Shown: positions 34,434 to 47,640 of the stretch, in pieces
Position numbering within the stretch: position 1 is the stretch's first letter
How the letters are laid out: the number at the start of each line of letters is the position of its first letter
Origin: Camelus ferus
Lineage: Eukaryota
DNA length: 64,000 nt
Reading direction: 5' to 3'
Assembly: GCF_009834535.1 (NCBI RefSeq)
Contig: NC_045696.1
Span: 83,578,001 to 83,642,000 of the forward strand
Notes under the pieces: model-generated
Told to the model about the DNA's origin: nothing
Database searches by the model: none
The model's input: only the letters and a program-made list of their open reading frames with translations
Position numbers and translations under genes: made by a program

Positions 34434-37169
34434 ATTCTTGTGAAGAACTTGAAGTGGTTATTTAATAATAATGAGGAGGAATTTATACTGTCTTTACTTA
34501 AGAATATGGTGGGGGGGTGAAATTTATACTAAGAGTATCTTGGTAACCAGGGAAATAGTTCTTAATGATTTCTCATAGTGGTTAAGGACGCTAATCCAAT
34601 AGATGAGATTGATAAGAGGTACATAAACTCAGAAAGTTCCTAAGAATAGGTGACTAAGGAGCTAAGAGGACTGCCCCAATCCAAGCAAGGTGACTCAGGG
34701 GAGTTTCAAGATTACAGACCTAAAATTTGTTTGATTAAATGCAATCAATTTTGTCCTTTCTGGAGACAAGGATCTGACAGCATATATAAAGCCTCCTGGG
34801 CAGAGTGGAGGGGCAGGGAGAGGGTGGGAGGGAGGCAGTTCCTGGTAAGGAGGTGGAGGGAAGTGAATGGTGATGAAGCCAAACCAAGCAAGGGCTGAAG
34901 CGAGGACAGAGTGGCTGTAGAGACCTTGTCAGTGTCAGGAGGGCCCCACATGGCAGTCTGAGTCCAGGCCACCAGCCTAGAGCACCGAAGACAACTGAAG
35001 TCTACTCTGGGCAGGGAGCTGCCTCTAGCATCCCATTCTGAGCGCCAGGACCCTCGCGTTTCCCGCCCAGGTGGCTCCAAGTTTGCCTCAGTTGTCTGTA
35101 CTGGCTCTTCCCTGCTCTCACCTCCCAAAGGCAGACAGAGGAATGGCCAGTGGGCGGCTGTTTGCTGGTGGTAGGGATTGAACCCGTGCTTGTGTAGACC
35201 GAGGTTTTCACAGCATAGATACGAGACCCTTGGCAGGGCAGGGGAAAAAGGAGATGAAAAGAGACGGGCCAGAGGCTCAAGAGGACAGGCCCAAAGGCTG
35301 GGAGCCGTGATGCTGGCTCCTTGCCACAAGGAAACGGAATTCTAATCCTAACCTGGCCTTCCAGATTATAATGAAGGTCTATTTGCCGTGTGGAAAGACA
35401 GAACGTATTTGAATCAATCATGTATTAATTTATTATTCATAGACACTTTGAAGGTATGTGGGCCGCGATTTGTACTCTTACCCCAGGCTCCACACCGGTT
35501 GGGGGAGGCCTGCTAATGAGTCATAAGTATTCTGGTCATGATAAGAAATATTTTCGATTGTAAATTAGTATATTGGCCTTCTTATTTATCAGTAAACCCC
35601 TAGTGGGTTTCTTGATTGTAAACCACTTCTTCAGCATGCAACCAACCAAGTCCCCCAGACCCGTGTCCTTGAGAAAGAGATCCAAACCGCAGGGCCATTA
35701 GAAGACAATGGTGGCCACGTGCCTTGCCTAAGTGGGAGCTGGCATCTTGAGAGACACTGATCTTGTCTACAAGGAGGGTAGGAAGAAGAGCAGAAACGAG
35801 GGACAGCCGGAAGAAGAGCTGAAGCCAAGTGCAAAGAACTCTTCCTTCCAACCCACAGAAAAGAAAAATGCCAGCCATTACTCAGCCTCATTTTTAAGGC
35901 TTAGAATTAACGGTGAAAAAGCAAAAGTTCTGATGCATCAATTTGGAAAAAGCTGTTATCAAGTACTAAGTGTCCCTTAAGTAAAATTATGGAAAATTGG
36001 AATAGAAATTCAATAGATTGCACAAATAGAAAATTATGTAGGAGGCATAAAAGGAATGTGTTGGAATCTACCTAAGCCTCTAAAAATTAGGAGTAGCCTA
36101 CTGAAACCGTTTCTTTACTACTTGCCAGAGACTACTTGAAGCGACTAAAGCCGACAAAGGATGTGGGAACCGTGGCGCTGTTAAGGCCGACTGCACATGG
36201 AATTGCCCCAGGGCAGAGGCAGGGGGTAACTCAGATCAGTCACAGCTCCCAGCATCATAGGCAGACAATCTGCACTGTTCCCCTCTGGGGACTCTCCAAG
36301 CTGAGATTGTTTTAAATGGGAATTGTTTATCATAAAGGTAGACAATTTAAATATTTTTTCAAAGCCAAAAGGAAGCAGTTAGAACTTGTAACATGTCAGA
36401 ATAGTATGCTGGTCTCTGGCACACACAGCTTGAAAACACAATTTTTCCATCTGAGCTAAAAATCACAAGGAAGATTTTAGACCACGGCTCAGTTTCTTGC
36501 AGATAAATATCTGAGCGCTAGTGGCCACAGACTGATGGAACACCATCCATGCTTGTCAGCCCTAAGTTTTAGAAAGATCCCAAACTTCTATCTACTCTAC
36601 CCTGTACCAGTTTCATCTGAGAAAGTAATTAGAGAGTAAAGGGTAAAAGTAACAAATAGAAAAGGGAAAAAAAGTGCAGACAGAAACAGTAACACTAATA
36701 CTATCTCACGCTTGGATGTCATGATTCTCCATTTAAAGGATTTTTACATACTTCTGTTATTTGCTTGTTACAACCTTCCCATGAGGATGGTATCACTATA
36801 TTCACTTTACTGAAGTAAAAAAAAATCTGGGCCCAAGGTTAAATGACTTGTCCAAGATCACACAGAACAGCTGTGTGAAGATTGGGCCAGAAGCAACGAA
36901 ATGATTGCCAGGCCTACAGTCATAAGATTAACGATGATGATATTTAACATATTTTGATGAAACTGTTATGAGTTGGGCTTGGACCAAACACCAACCTCTT
37001 CAACATTCCCAGCTAGAATTTTCAACCAGCCATCCATTGCTCTACATTTTCCCCCAAGATATTTTCTTGAACCCTTAGGGGTTAAATATGGGACCTTTTT
37101 AGAAATGCATTTTCCTACTCCATTCTGCATACACTCTGTTGGAGATGTCAGCACAGGGTAGAGTCTGAC

Positions 37170-37495
37170 AGTTACCTACCAATATCCAGTCTTTCCTTCC
37201 TGCATACAAAGAGAGCACTGGATTTGTGACCAGCTGAAAGCTGTCTTCCCAAGCATTCTCACGGTAGGGATGGTCGTCACGCACAGCTCTGGTGAGCAAA
37301 ATGTAAACAGAAGATGTCTGGGGATATCTGGAAGAAAAAGAGAGAAAGCGTCTAGACTCTGAGGTCACCAAGAGTCACTGTAACAGTCCTGGACAGCTGG
37401 TCCCTGGTCTATTTTCTGTGAGAGAAAAATAAACCCTTATTTGGATACTTGACTATGATCTGTTTTATGCAGCTGAAAATCATCTTATCTGACAG
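37170..37495 (+). mobile_element. MLT1 (MaLR) LTR fragment
   Basis: ttcccaagcattctc..ggtagggatggtc...gtgagagaaaaataaacccttat...tgcagctgaaaatcatct. Confidence 0.6.
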
Positions 37496-37922
37496 CGTGT
37501 GTTAATGCTGAGATAACAGTGTAACCACACCGGTGCAACAAGAAGAACAAACCTAATAGCAACACAATCAACAGCAATTACATCAGAAGAGCACACACTG
37601 TGGTTCCAGGGGTGTGAGTTTAGACTCCAAAAATGAGAAATCAAAGCTGATTCCTATGGGTATGCAGAAAAGAGAGACATTTATTGACAAGAGACATAAT
37701 CAATAGAGAAAACAAAGGGACATTAAATGAAAACCCAAGTGTTTTTTTTAAAAACGATGTAAAATGTACCACAAACACGTTTATTTGACTCCTGTGTAAT
37801 TTCCCGACAGATGTTTAACTCTATATGGGACTAAAGCAAATAGCAGCAAGTTAAATCCTTTGGATAGAACTTTACTTAAAGGCAAAATTATGAATTTTGG
37901 AAATGCTTTCACTGATACCCTT

Positions 37923-37924
<2 letters not shown>

Positions 37925-37955
<31 letters not shown>
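37925..37955. repeat. Poly(T) tract (~30 nt)
   Basis: Directly visible. Confidence 0.9.
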
Positions 37956-37959
<4 letters not shown>

Positions 37960-40918
37960 CTTCTCTACTGACTTCTAATGTCCTCAGCCCCCTCTAAAAC
38001 CTCCTGACCTCTGATGTAGTATCTTATATGTGTGGCCTCTGGCTCAGCCACGGACAACACCCAAAACTGGTTTGCTCCATTTCCCAAACTTCAGGACCCT
38101 GCACTTTTCTCAAAAGGACGTAGATATCCTGAAGCTCCCTAATATATTAATTAGAAAACATGCTCCCACCCTTCACGTACGTAAAATATCCGTGAACACT
38201 TAACACATGATTTAGGAGTTTCAGGCACCAGGGCACCCCAGTGACCCTTGGTAGGGGGCTATTTACTTCTATCTCCAGAGCCAGCCCTGTTGCCAGAGGA
38301 TGTCATCACACAGGTGATGGTTTGACAAAATAGCAGTCATCACTGACCTCTGTGGGTCAGTGGGCAGACCCCTTCAGGATACCCCAAAGTTGCCCTTTTC
38401 TGAACTTTTCCTTCTGAGTCCTGCTTGGATCTCTGGTGGGCAATGCATAACTCTAAAACTCTCTTACTTTGTTTTTTCAGCATCTGATCCTAAATTTAGA
38501 AACTCAGCAGTTTCTATAATTCAATGCACCATTTTCCTTCAGTAACTTCTGTATCGTGTTATTACACTTGTTTGTTGAGTCCCTTAGGATGTATGGATTA
38601 AAATGGCTATTAGAGGAACTTTCATTTCTGTTTAATTGAAAGTTACTGGTCAGACAAGTGTTCTATGTAATTGTTCACATGGGATGTTAAAGAAAAAAAA
38701 TCCATACTGTATTTTTACAGAGCTAAGCAGATCTGTATGATTTTCTTTAACTTTGATATGCACTTCTTTGCCAAACAAACCCTGACCTACATGACCTCAC
38801 CAGTCTAGTCTAAAGCTCTAACTGGGAAAAGAGTGTTTTGCTCTTGAGGGTCTTTTGTGAGTCCAGCCTTTATTTTTTCAATTGATTGGTGGATGAGCAT
38901 TCTGAACATTCATTTAAAGCCTCTATGACAGATGACTTTAAAAAAATCAAATAATTCTAATTCCATATGGTTCTTCTTAATGACTTGATATAACTGCAGT
39001 GATTTTATCCATTGTCCCTACTTGTTCCTCCCTTCCGACAAATTCAGCATTTGCTAAAGCAAAGTACCCAACGAACAATTACACTTAATGTGTATTTTCT
39101 CTTTTTCTGACTCAGTGTATTGAAGTTATGGATTCAGACAGAATCTCTTTGCAAATGTGGACAGCAGACTGCACTCTGTCTTTTCATGCTGTCATATTCC
39201 TTTGTTGATATCTCTGTTTTAAGATGAGTTTGCCCCATGCATCACCAATTGTCTTTTGTTTTCACGCTGCAGGGAAGACTGGGCTAATCCATATGTCACT
39301 GTGAAACTTCAGGCCTCTCTGTTTGACAGGTAGCAAGGCTGACAGCAATCTATTGGAAATGCATTTCAGACTATCATTTTTCCAGTCTAATTTACTCTTA
39401 ATAAAACGACTTTGAAGACAAGGGGTCCACTCTGTGTTGGTTTGCTTCTTTCAGATAATTGCATTTTGAGAAAGACACATGGACAGTTTTCACAAATACA
39501 AAAATGATGAAATTCCCTTGGGAATAAAAAAAAGATAGCTTCACAATAAATGACATCTTTTAGCCTAAGTGATCCCAAAGCACTTTGGGAACTGTGGGCG
39601 TTCTGATGACTCCCTCGGGTAAGGAAGCCGCCAGACATGCATCCAAGCTCTAAGGCAAGAATCATCTTGTTCTGTGCAGCAAAAAACAGACAAACAAACA
39701 AACAAAAAACAACCACACAGCACCAACCACCATGCACACATGCCTTTGCAAAATAAGAATTATTTATGTACTCTATGTATATGTATGTGCATGTTACAAT
39801 TGATGGCCGAATTTTACAAGAGTATATATACAAAATATAAAAATGAATACACAAAACTTAGAGTTAACATCAAATTATTTCTTAACATGCTTTCATTTTT
39901 AAAATTCATTTCATGCTGTGCATTCACTCAGAGACCACTTTTTCCCCCTCCAAAGAAGAATCAAAATGACACAAGTTAATATCTACTGTTCCTTTATCCA
40001 TTTTCCCTCACCCTGGCAAAGTCATTAATCATTTAGTACTCAGATCTCCAAATCTGACAGAACAAATCCTTATAGATCTTTCCTCTCATGAAATTTTGAC
40101 TAAATTTTGACAGACATTTGATCACCCAGTAAAAAGGTTAATTTATAAAGGTTGTGGTATTTTTAAGCCACTAAAATATTACTAACAACAATAAAACCCT
40201 CAAAGTTTCTCAGACTATGTCATCAGCAACATAATTGTTAATCATGTTGATTGAAGAAGAAATTATCTTTCCTACAACTTCAAAGATAAAACCAAGACGA
40301 TACATATTAATTTTATTGACTGTTTCAATAATTGAAACGGTCACTCATACTATTTTTGCTGTGTCAATGATAATTAAGTTTTGGGTAAAAAAATGACAAT
40401 TACATTTTAAAATTGGAGAAAATGGTCAATTTTACTCTTCTCGTTAGCTAGGACGCTGGATGCACATATTTGTGTTCACTTAATCTCGGTGATTATTTTG
40501 ATAAGAGGGAGCTATTTTATTTCCAGTCTCGACATGCGGTTCTGTAACAAGCAGAGCTTTAGCTCCAGGAAAAGGACAGTGAAGCAAACACGAGTGAAAA
40601 TGACAGGGTCCTTGAAAATATTCATGTTCCTAATTTTGTAATGTTGTGCATCACAACTTTCTAAGCTGAATCTAAAGAGGAGAAAATAAAAAATAAAGAT
40701 CTTTTCCTGAGAAAGGCTCTCTCTCTCTCCCTCCCTCCCTCTATCTCTCTGTCTATCTGTCTCTCTCTCGACAAAATCCAACACCAAACATTCTGAGAAG
40801 TTGGAGAGGGAATTTTAATTTCTGTTGAACTCGCACCTGGGGCTGCGCTTTATTAGCTCAACTTTCGGGATCTTTTCCTTGAAGGTGTAGCGAGGGCGGA
40901 CTACTTGGAATACAATGT

Positions 40919-40939
40919 TTTGGTGCCATCTGGTGGACA
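40919..40939 (-). promoter_or_regulatory. CTCF binding motif
   Basis: The minus strand reads TGTCCACCAGATGGCACCA, fitting the CTCF core CCASYAGRKGGCRS at 40923-40936. Confidence 0.7.
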
Positions 40940-43900
40940 GTTTGCAGGGCAGCAGCTTCACTTACTAACCTGATGCAGCGTTCCCGAGGAAGCACAGAAG
41001 TAGGACCAGAGGAAGGAAGGAAGGAAGGAAGGAATTCTTAATCTCCCCAAGTCATATAATGTGGAACCCGCTGAGACATGTAGGGAACTACTAGTAAGAA
41101 GGTAAGGTGGAGAGTGGGTGGCAGTCGAGATTGGGGCAGGGTGCTGGGAGTGAGGGGAGCCAGTAGTAATGAAGCCAAACTAGCCAGAGCCGAGGATGGG
41201 GCAGCCGGACAGCACGAACCCGCGTCTGGAGGGTCGCGCACTGTGGTCCGAGTGCAAGCCTGGAGCACCTGAGCCATCTGAGATCTCCTTTGGGCAGCTG
41301 GGCTGGCTCTGGGGTCTGCAGGAGGGAGAGATGGAATGGGGGGGGGGGGGACGGGGGGAGGGCTGTAGGGCGTGTCCAGTGAACGGCTAGGCGGCAGCCC
41401 TCGACCGCCCGTCTGTGAAGACCCAGTTTTCCCGCAGGATGAGGCGTGGCCCTGCCCCGGCCCGGAGGCTGCAGCTCCACTCCCTGCCCCTGTCCTCCCC
41501 AGCTGCCACTACCTTCACCTCCCTAAGGCTCAGTGTCCTTAGCATAAGAGGGGGATACTCACAGGAGCTGCCTCACAGATTTGAGAGGAATAAATGAAGT
41601 TGTCCAAATGAAGCACTCAGGGAATCCTCAGTCAACACTAGCTTTAATCTCCACCCATAATCGAAGTCTGTTGGGACACCCTGTCACCCGCAGGGGGTCA
41701 GCTCCAGACACACCTCCTTTGTCTCTGCTTTTCTACTCCTTCCTGCTCCCCGCTATCTGGGCCTATAGTGTCAAGACCCTCCTCCCCTTCCACAGCCCAG
41801 TTCCAATGTTGCCTCCTTCAGGAAGCCTCCCATGCCCTTTTCATAAAGATATTTAGTTAATGAATCCTTTGTTAGCCCATTTATACTTTGTAAGCTCATG
41901 TATGGCACTTACAATAGGTACCTGGGAAAAGCATCAAATTGTCAAATTTTCATTTACAAAAAGAAAAACACCTAAAAATGTACAAGGTGCCTAACTAGAT
42001 AAATGTATCTTTTACTACAATCCTCGCAAATGTGTTATTTCCAACTGTAGTAATGATAATGACATTTTAAAAACCACCACGTGCCAGCATGGAGGTGTTT
42101 TAAAACCTATCCCAGAGGACTGTCTGGGGAAGTAACAGGACAGCAAGCAACAGTCTGCTCTGGGGACCACCGGACGAGAAGAGGAAAAGAAAACAGGGGC
42201 TGGAGGACAGTGCACTGCTTGCATCAGTCGGAGATTCTCACTGGGGAGCCCGGAAGGATATTTAAAAATGGCCAAGGAGTCGTCCAGGTCTCACTGCCAG
42301 GCCCAGTGTGCACAATGCCGTCTGACAGCAGCTGCGAACAGGTGAGTGCTTCCCTCCCCTCCCTTCCCATGCACCAGATGGGACAGAGCGAACTTTAAGC
42401 CAAATTTGGAGTTTTAATCGTCACGTGGGATCAGACCATTTTCAGAACTGACATAGAATTTGCAACCTTGAAATCTGAAAAAACTTAACGTCTCAAATGA
42501 AGCAGAAAATGTATCTATCACCCTGTGTTATCTGTCCAGCAGCAGCAGGACTGCCCTGCCTTAAAAAATTTAAAAGAACAGTGGAAGATTAAAATAAAGG
42601 TGCTTTCTGGTAATATCTCATGAGTCTACATGTTCAACATACAAGACTTACATATATTATTTACCTTAGTTCTCATAATACCGTGAGGTAGCCTTAGTAC
42701 CATTAAGTACCATTTCCATTTTAAAGGTGGGGAAACTGATGCATTGACAGTTTACGTATGTTTCCTCAAGACACACAGCAAGCAAATTTGAGATTCATGG
42801 TTTGAACTCAGTAACTGAAACCAGTTATGTTTCACCACTCTGCTGTGGGCAGCTCAATATAATACTATCTTCTGCAAACAATTAAGCATTTTAAGTTTGT
42901 TTTTATATATTCATAGTTTCTCCTCTTAAAATGGGATTCTACACCAAAGCTCATTTTACTGGCTGAGTGAAATTTTTGGACACTTCCCTGGGAATCTCAG
43001 TGCCTGGGATCCCACCTCCCTAGAGCACCATGAAGTCACCCCCCCCCCCCCCACTGAGGGGCTGCCTGAGGCTATGGGTAAAGCTCTCTATTTCTATGGA
43101 GCCCACAAAATTACCTAACTTCCTGAAAAAAAAAAAAAACAGGAAAAACCCTTTTTATTCTTGGGGAATGTATCTCTTCATCTAATTCTCTTCTCCCCAA
43201 AACAGGTTGGGCCAGAAGCTCTTTGTATGAGTGTTGGATTTCCTTTAAACAATTGGAAGTCTGGCTTCTCTGGGCTCACATCACACAGAACAAAAGCTGG
43301 GGCAACCCAGCAGCCGCCTCCTTTATCCAAACCACACGCCCTCCAGCTCACCACAGACCCATCTGGTTTTATCTGCCAGACCCTTCTAAGTGTTTGGGTT
43401 TGTGAACCTTGGCTTAAGCCCTTGGAAACAAAATCTAGGCAGGTTTGCTGTGACTTCTTCTTTGGAAAGTATCATGACACTCCCTGGAAGGGATGAAGCA
43501 GCAAACTACCTGCCTTTCTGGATGATAAGGGGGAAAAGATTCAGGGCAAGGGAGGGAAAAAACCCTCCGAATTTGATCTGTCTGCTCCCTCTCCCTAGTA
43601 AAGAAGATGTACTTCCCTTCTTGTACACCTGAGTCTGTTGTGTGACACGCGTGCCTGCTCCCAGGGCAATGTGATGGCTCTATTCGGCGTTTGGCAGCAC
43701 ACAGAGTAGGCCCTTCAATAAATATTTACTGAGTCAAGTTCCCAAGGAGATTAGTACAAAAAATATGTAAGATCAGCATCCATGCCAAAAGACGGACAAG
43801 AATTTGTCCTAGAAATGTTCGCTGTGTTTAGACTCCCATGCACTAACAAGTTTGCCAACTCCCATCCTTTGAAACTGCAAAGTATCCAAGTGAGAAAGAC

Positions 43901-45504
43901 ACATTTGATTGATGGCTAAATAATTAATTCTCGGGGCCCTAGAACATTATTAAAAAGGGAGTCTTTAGAAAGCTGTCACTTTATCCCAGATGTGCCATCT
44001 ATAGAGATGAAATCCACACAAAGTAACAGAGGATTCTAAAGAGCTATCTGAATAAATTCAGTAACCTGGCATTTCCTCTGGGTAACACGGCTCCTGACTT
44101 GTCAGTAAAAGAAGGACTTAGGCTCTTGGGCTAAGTTTTCAACGTAATTCAACGTATGCATTATCTGACCCACGAAAGAGAACATGACAGAAAGGAAGCG
44201 CCACAGACGAGCCCTGCCATCTGAGGCTGTTTCAGAGGAGTCGTTGCCCGCACAGTGAGTCACAGGCTGCCTCCCCAAGAACTCTCTCTAATGCTGGTTT
44301 TCGCTCCTTGTCTAGCTCAGCCAGCTTTCCTAACCATCTTCCTTCTTCCTTTGTTACTTTTTCCACAGGACAAAATACTTCAAGGATTAAATCATGGGAG
44401 GCCGTTAAGAATAAATACTAGACCCATTATGTTTTCAGGTCTCACTGGCTGTTTGGAAGCCCAGATCTGTTACCATAGCAGTTGCACTGCCTTGCCGTCT
44501 AGGTGTGGCAAACGCAGTAGTAGGTAATAGGAATAACTGGCAATCGTTGACTACCTACCAAGTGCTAAAGATTTTGCACATGTTTTAAATGCTCTCTCAA
44601 TAATTCTCAAAACAACTCCTGGGATCAAGACTCGGGGAAAAAAAAAGTGAAGTCACTTGTCCTGAGTCACACAGTAACTGAACTATGAGTTACAAGTGTC
44701 TCCCCTGCTTGTTAACTTATGGTACAATTCACAATACATCCCTAAACCCAAGGCCTCATTGTTGTCTTTAAAACACTCTAGGGAGGCCCAGAGAAGAGTC
44801 AGGGGCATTATGACTTTTGATTAAGGGGTAGGAAAATGCTTTGTTCCTGTACTTGCTGGAGGGAAGAAATGAAATCGAAATGCAAGGTCCTGAGGATTCA
44901 TTGCCAAAAAAACAGCGCTCTGAGGTAGAGGAGGCAACCCCATCCCCCACCATGAGCCAGAAGTCGCACCCTTGGCTGAAGCTATGGCACTGAGGCTGCA
45001 AGTACACATGAGGTGTTTTCGTCCAGTCATTTTAAAGTACTTGATCAGCATCCCTTTATCACACCTTACAGCACACATAACCCATCTTTCGCTTTATCTT
45101 AACTCAGAAATGAGAATCACTAAGGTCTTTCTGGGAAAAAACAAAGAGAAGAAAATGAGGTTCAAAGTTTTAAAAATCACGGTTACAAAATGTCTCACTC
45201 AGAAAAGAGTGATGTAGAATTATGCATGTGTATGGATACTTTAAGCCTGGGAATCGGGAGAAAAAGTGTCTTGGTTGAGATTCAAATGCAAGTTTCTAAG
45301 TATTTCAAAGTCTGGTCCCTGGTCCCTGGAGATGCCTGGTAGGTAAGTTGTTCTTTCACATGCAAATCTAGGTTGGGCCATCGAATTTCCTGAACTGAGG
45401 TTACTGAAAGGAGAATGAGGCTGCGGAAATATGGGACACTTTGGGCCAGATAAGCAGTTGTTTCTCTCCAGACTTTAAAAAACAGTAATAGAAAAGAATT
45501 TCTT

Positions 45505-45690
45505 GAAATGGGCGTGTCTTACCACTTATATCAGGTCACCTGGGAGCGCTTATTAAAAATGCAGCTGCCTAAACTCCATCCTCAACCTTCTGTGCCCAGA
45601 CCTCTGGGGGAGGAGCCCATGAAACTGAATTCTTAACCAGCACCTCCCCAGTGATTCTAATACACACTAAATTCTGAGAATCTCTGGTAT
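45505..45690. mobile_element. MER5-family DNA transposon
   Basis: tcacctgggagcgcttattaaaaatgcag...ttaaccagcacctccccagtgattctaat.cacactaaa.tctgagaa. Confidence 0.75.
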
Positions 45691-46059
45691 GGGGAATATT
45701 TAGACTTTTATTGACTAGAATGGCTTGTCTTAAACCATATTCTGATAGATGGTAAAAATCAGTGTTGGTGATAACTCTTATGTTAAAATCAATTTTTAAA
45801 ATGCACACGTAAGAAGAAACACTGAGCAGTTATTTGTCACCATTACGTGGCAATCCCTCTGTAAGGAACACTGTGCCACATAACAGAACACAAGGAAAAC
45901 TCATGAACAAAATCACATGTAGGTAGATGTGAGGAGTTGGGTATGCCGATTTTTGGTTAGGCACCATTTGCTAACTAGCATTCTAGCCATCTGTTTACAT
46001 TTGGTTACGTTCGGCTATGCATTAGAACCAGTCCCAATCCTAGCTCCTTGGTCAACTCT

Positions 46060-46290
46060 TCTAGACCATCCAAGGCTGAACATAACAGTCAGTATTTATA
46101 GAGCAATCCTCATGCAACAAGCACCATGCTTCACATACAAGGGCTCACGTACTTTCCACAACAACCCTCTAACGTGGACTTCGTGATTAGCCCCATTTTA
46201 CAGAGAAAGAAGCTAGGAAGTAGCGAAGTTAAATGACTTGGACATGACCACACAGTCTACGGGACTGTATGTTCTAGACTCAAAGCCAGT
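46060..46290 (-). mobile_element. MIR SINE
   Basis: ccacaacaaccct...attagccccattttacagaga...gaagttaaatgacttg. Confidence 0.75.
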
Positions 46291-47394
46291 TCTGCTGATT
46301 CCAGCCTAAAGATGAGCTTCCTCCTAAAAGTAGCTCCCCCCTCCTCCCTACCCCATTTCTCACCCTAAGCCGTGTATCACTGCCGAAATTCCACCACCCA
46401 AAATTCTTTTCTGAGGGGAACATTATTGCTAAGCAAACACCAGGATTCTGCCTTTACATTAAAACGCTGATCGGCAGGAGATGCTAGCTGTCAGTCCTTC
46501 AAACCTTACCGTGCATGAGTCATCAGCAGGTCCAGTACAATTTGCTGAGCTAGATGTAGGGACAGTGTGTTGATGGGGCAGAGGAAGGGGGTGTGGTTGG
46601 GAGCACTGCCATCCTCAAAGATGGGTGGCAGAGTAAAGCCTTCTCACTCCCAAGGGGAGTTTGCAGGCCCTGAGTGCTTGGGGTCTGGGAAACGAGGCTG
46701 CCCAGAGGTGAGAATGCTAATCTGTAAATGTGCCCCCTGTGATTTGCCTAGGTCCTGTCTGCATGAAACTAATGTTCTACTTTCAAACATATATTTAAAG
46801 GACGTGGGCTTGAGTCCGAGCTCTGCCGTATACCCATCCATATTCCACGTGGGTAAAGTTAGCCAAATCTGTCCTTACTGTTGGAACCCTTGCTCTGGAG
46901 TCATGCTTTTTAAGGTCTGGGGCTGCTGTTAACAGTCTCGGGAGAGCACATGGCCCACATGTAAGATGCCGTGGGAGTCGGCTGCCCCCGTCTTAAGCCT
47001 GACTCATTTTTATGGAAACTCCCACTGAGATTTTGTGGATGAGAACGCACCCACTTTTTCAACATTGCTTCTTGAAGCTAGCTAATCTTCTCTCTTGTGC
47101 CTCCGCCAGTTGTCACATCCCACATCCCAAAACAAACACCAGTAAGTTGAAGCTCCTGAAACTTGCCTTTTCAAAGCTTCATCTTTCTAACCTCCACAGC
47201 AGATAATGTTACCCAAAACAAAACAAACAAACAAACAAACATAGCTTACAACAAATCTCAGATTTTTTAAAACTATTTAGTTTTTATATAAGATATAGGA
47301 AACTTGGTCCCCCACAAGGGCCATGAAATGATAGAGCTAAGGAAAATTCAAAATGGAAGTATTGTTATTCTATAGAATTAGCAGAGAACATAGA

Positions 47395-47640
47395 AGAGCT
47401 CAGGTTTTAGGGTCAGATGGCCTGGGTTGAACCCTGTTTCATCATTTACTAGATGTATAATCTGAAGTGAATGAATACCTCCAGCTTCAGTTTCTACATC
47501 TCTCTGATTTTTTTCCCACATCTCTATTATATACCCACCACTTAGGGGATTGTGATGATTAAATGTGCTAATGTACATTAAACGTTCTTTATAAAGCCTA
47601 CCCTAGAGTAAGAACTCAGTAGATAGTGGCTAATGTTATT
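47395..47640 (+). mobile_element. MIR SINE
   Basis: gtcagatggcctgggttgaaccct...cttcagtttc...gggattgtgatgattaaatg. Confidence 0.75.

Noticed and set aside
42370..42386. Second CTCF-like motif (gcaccagatgggac)
   Set aside because: Two mismatches at informative core positions; too weak to call.
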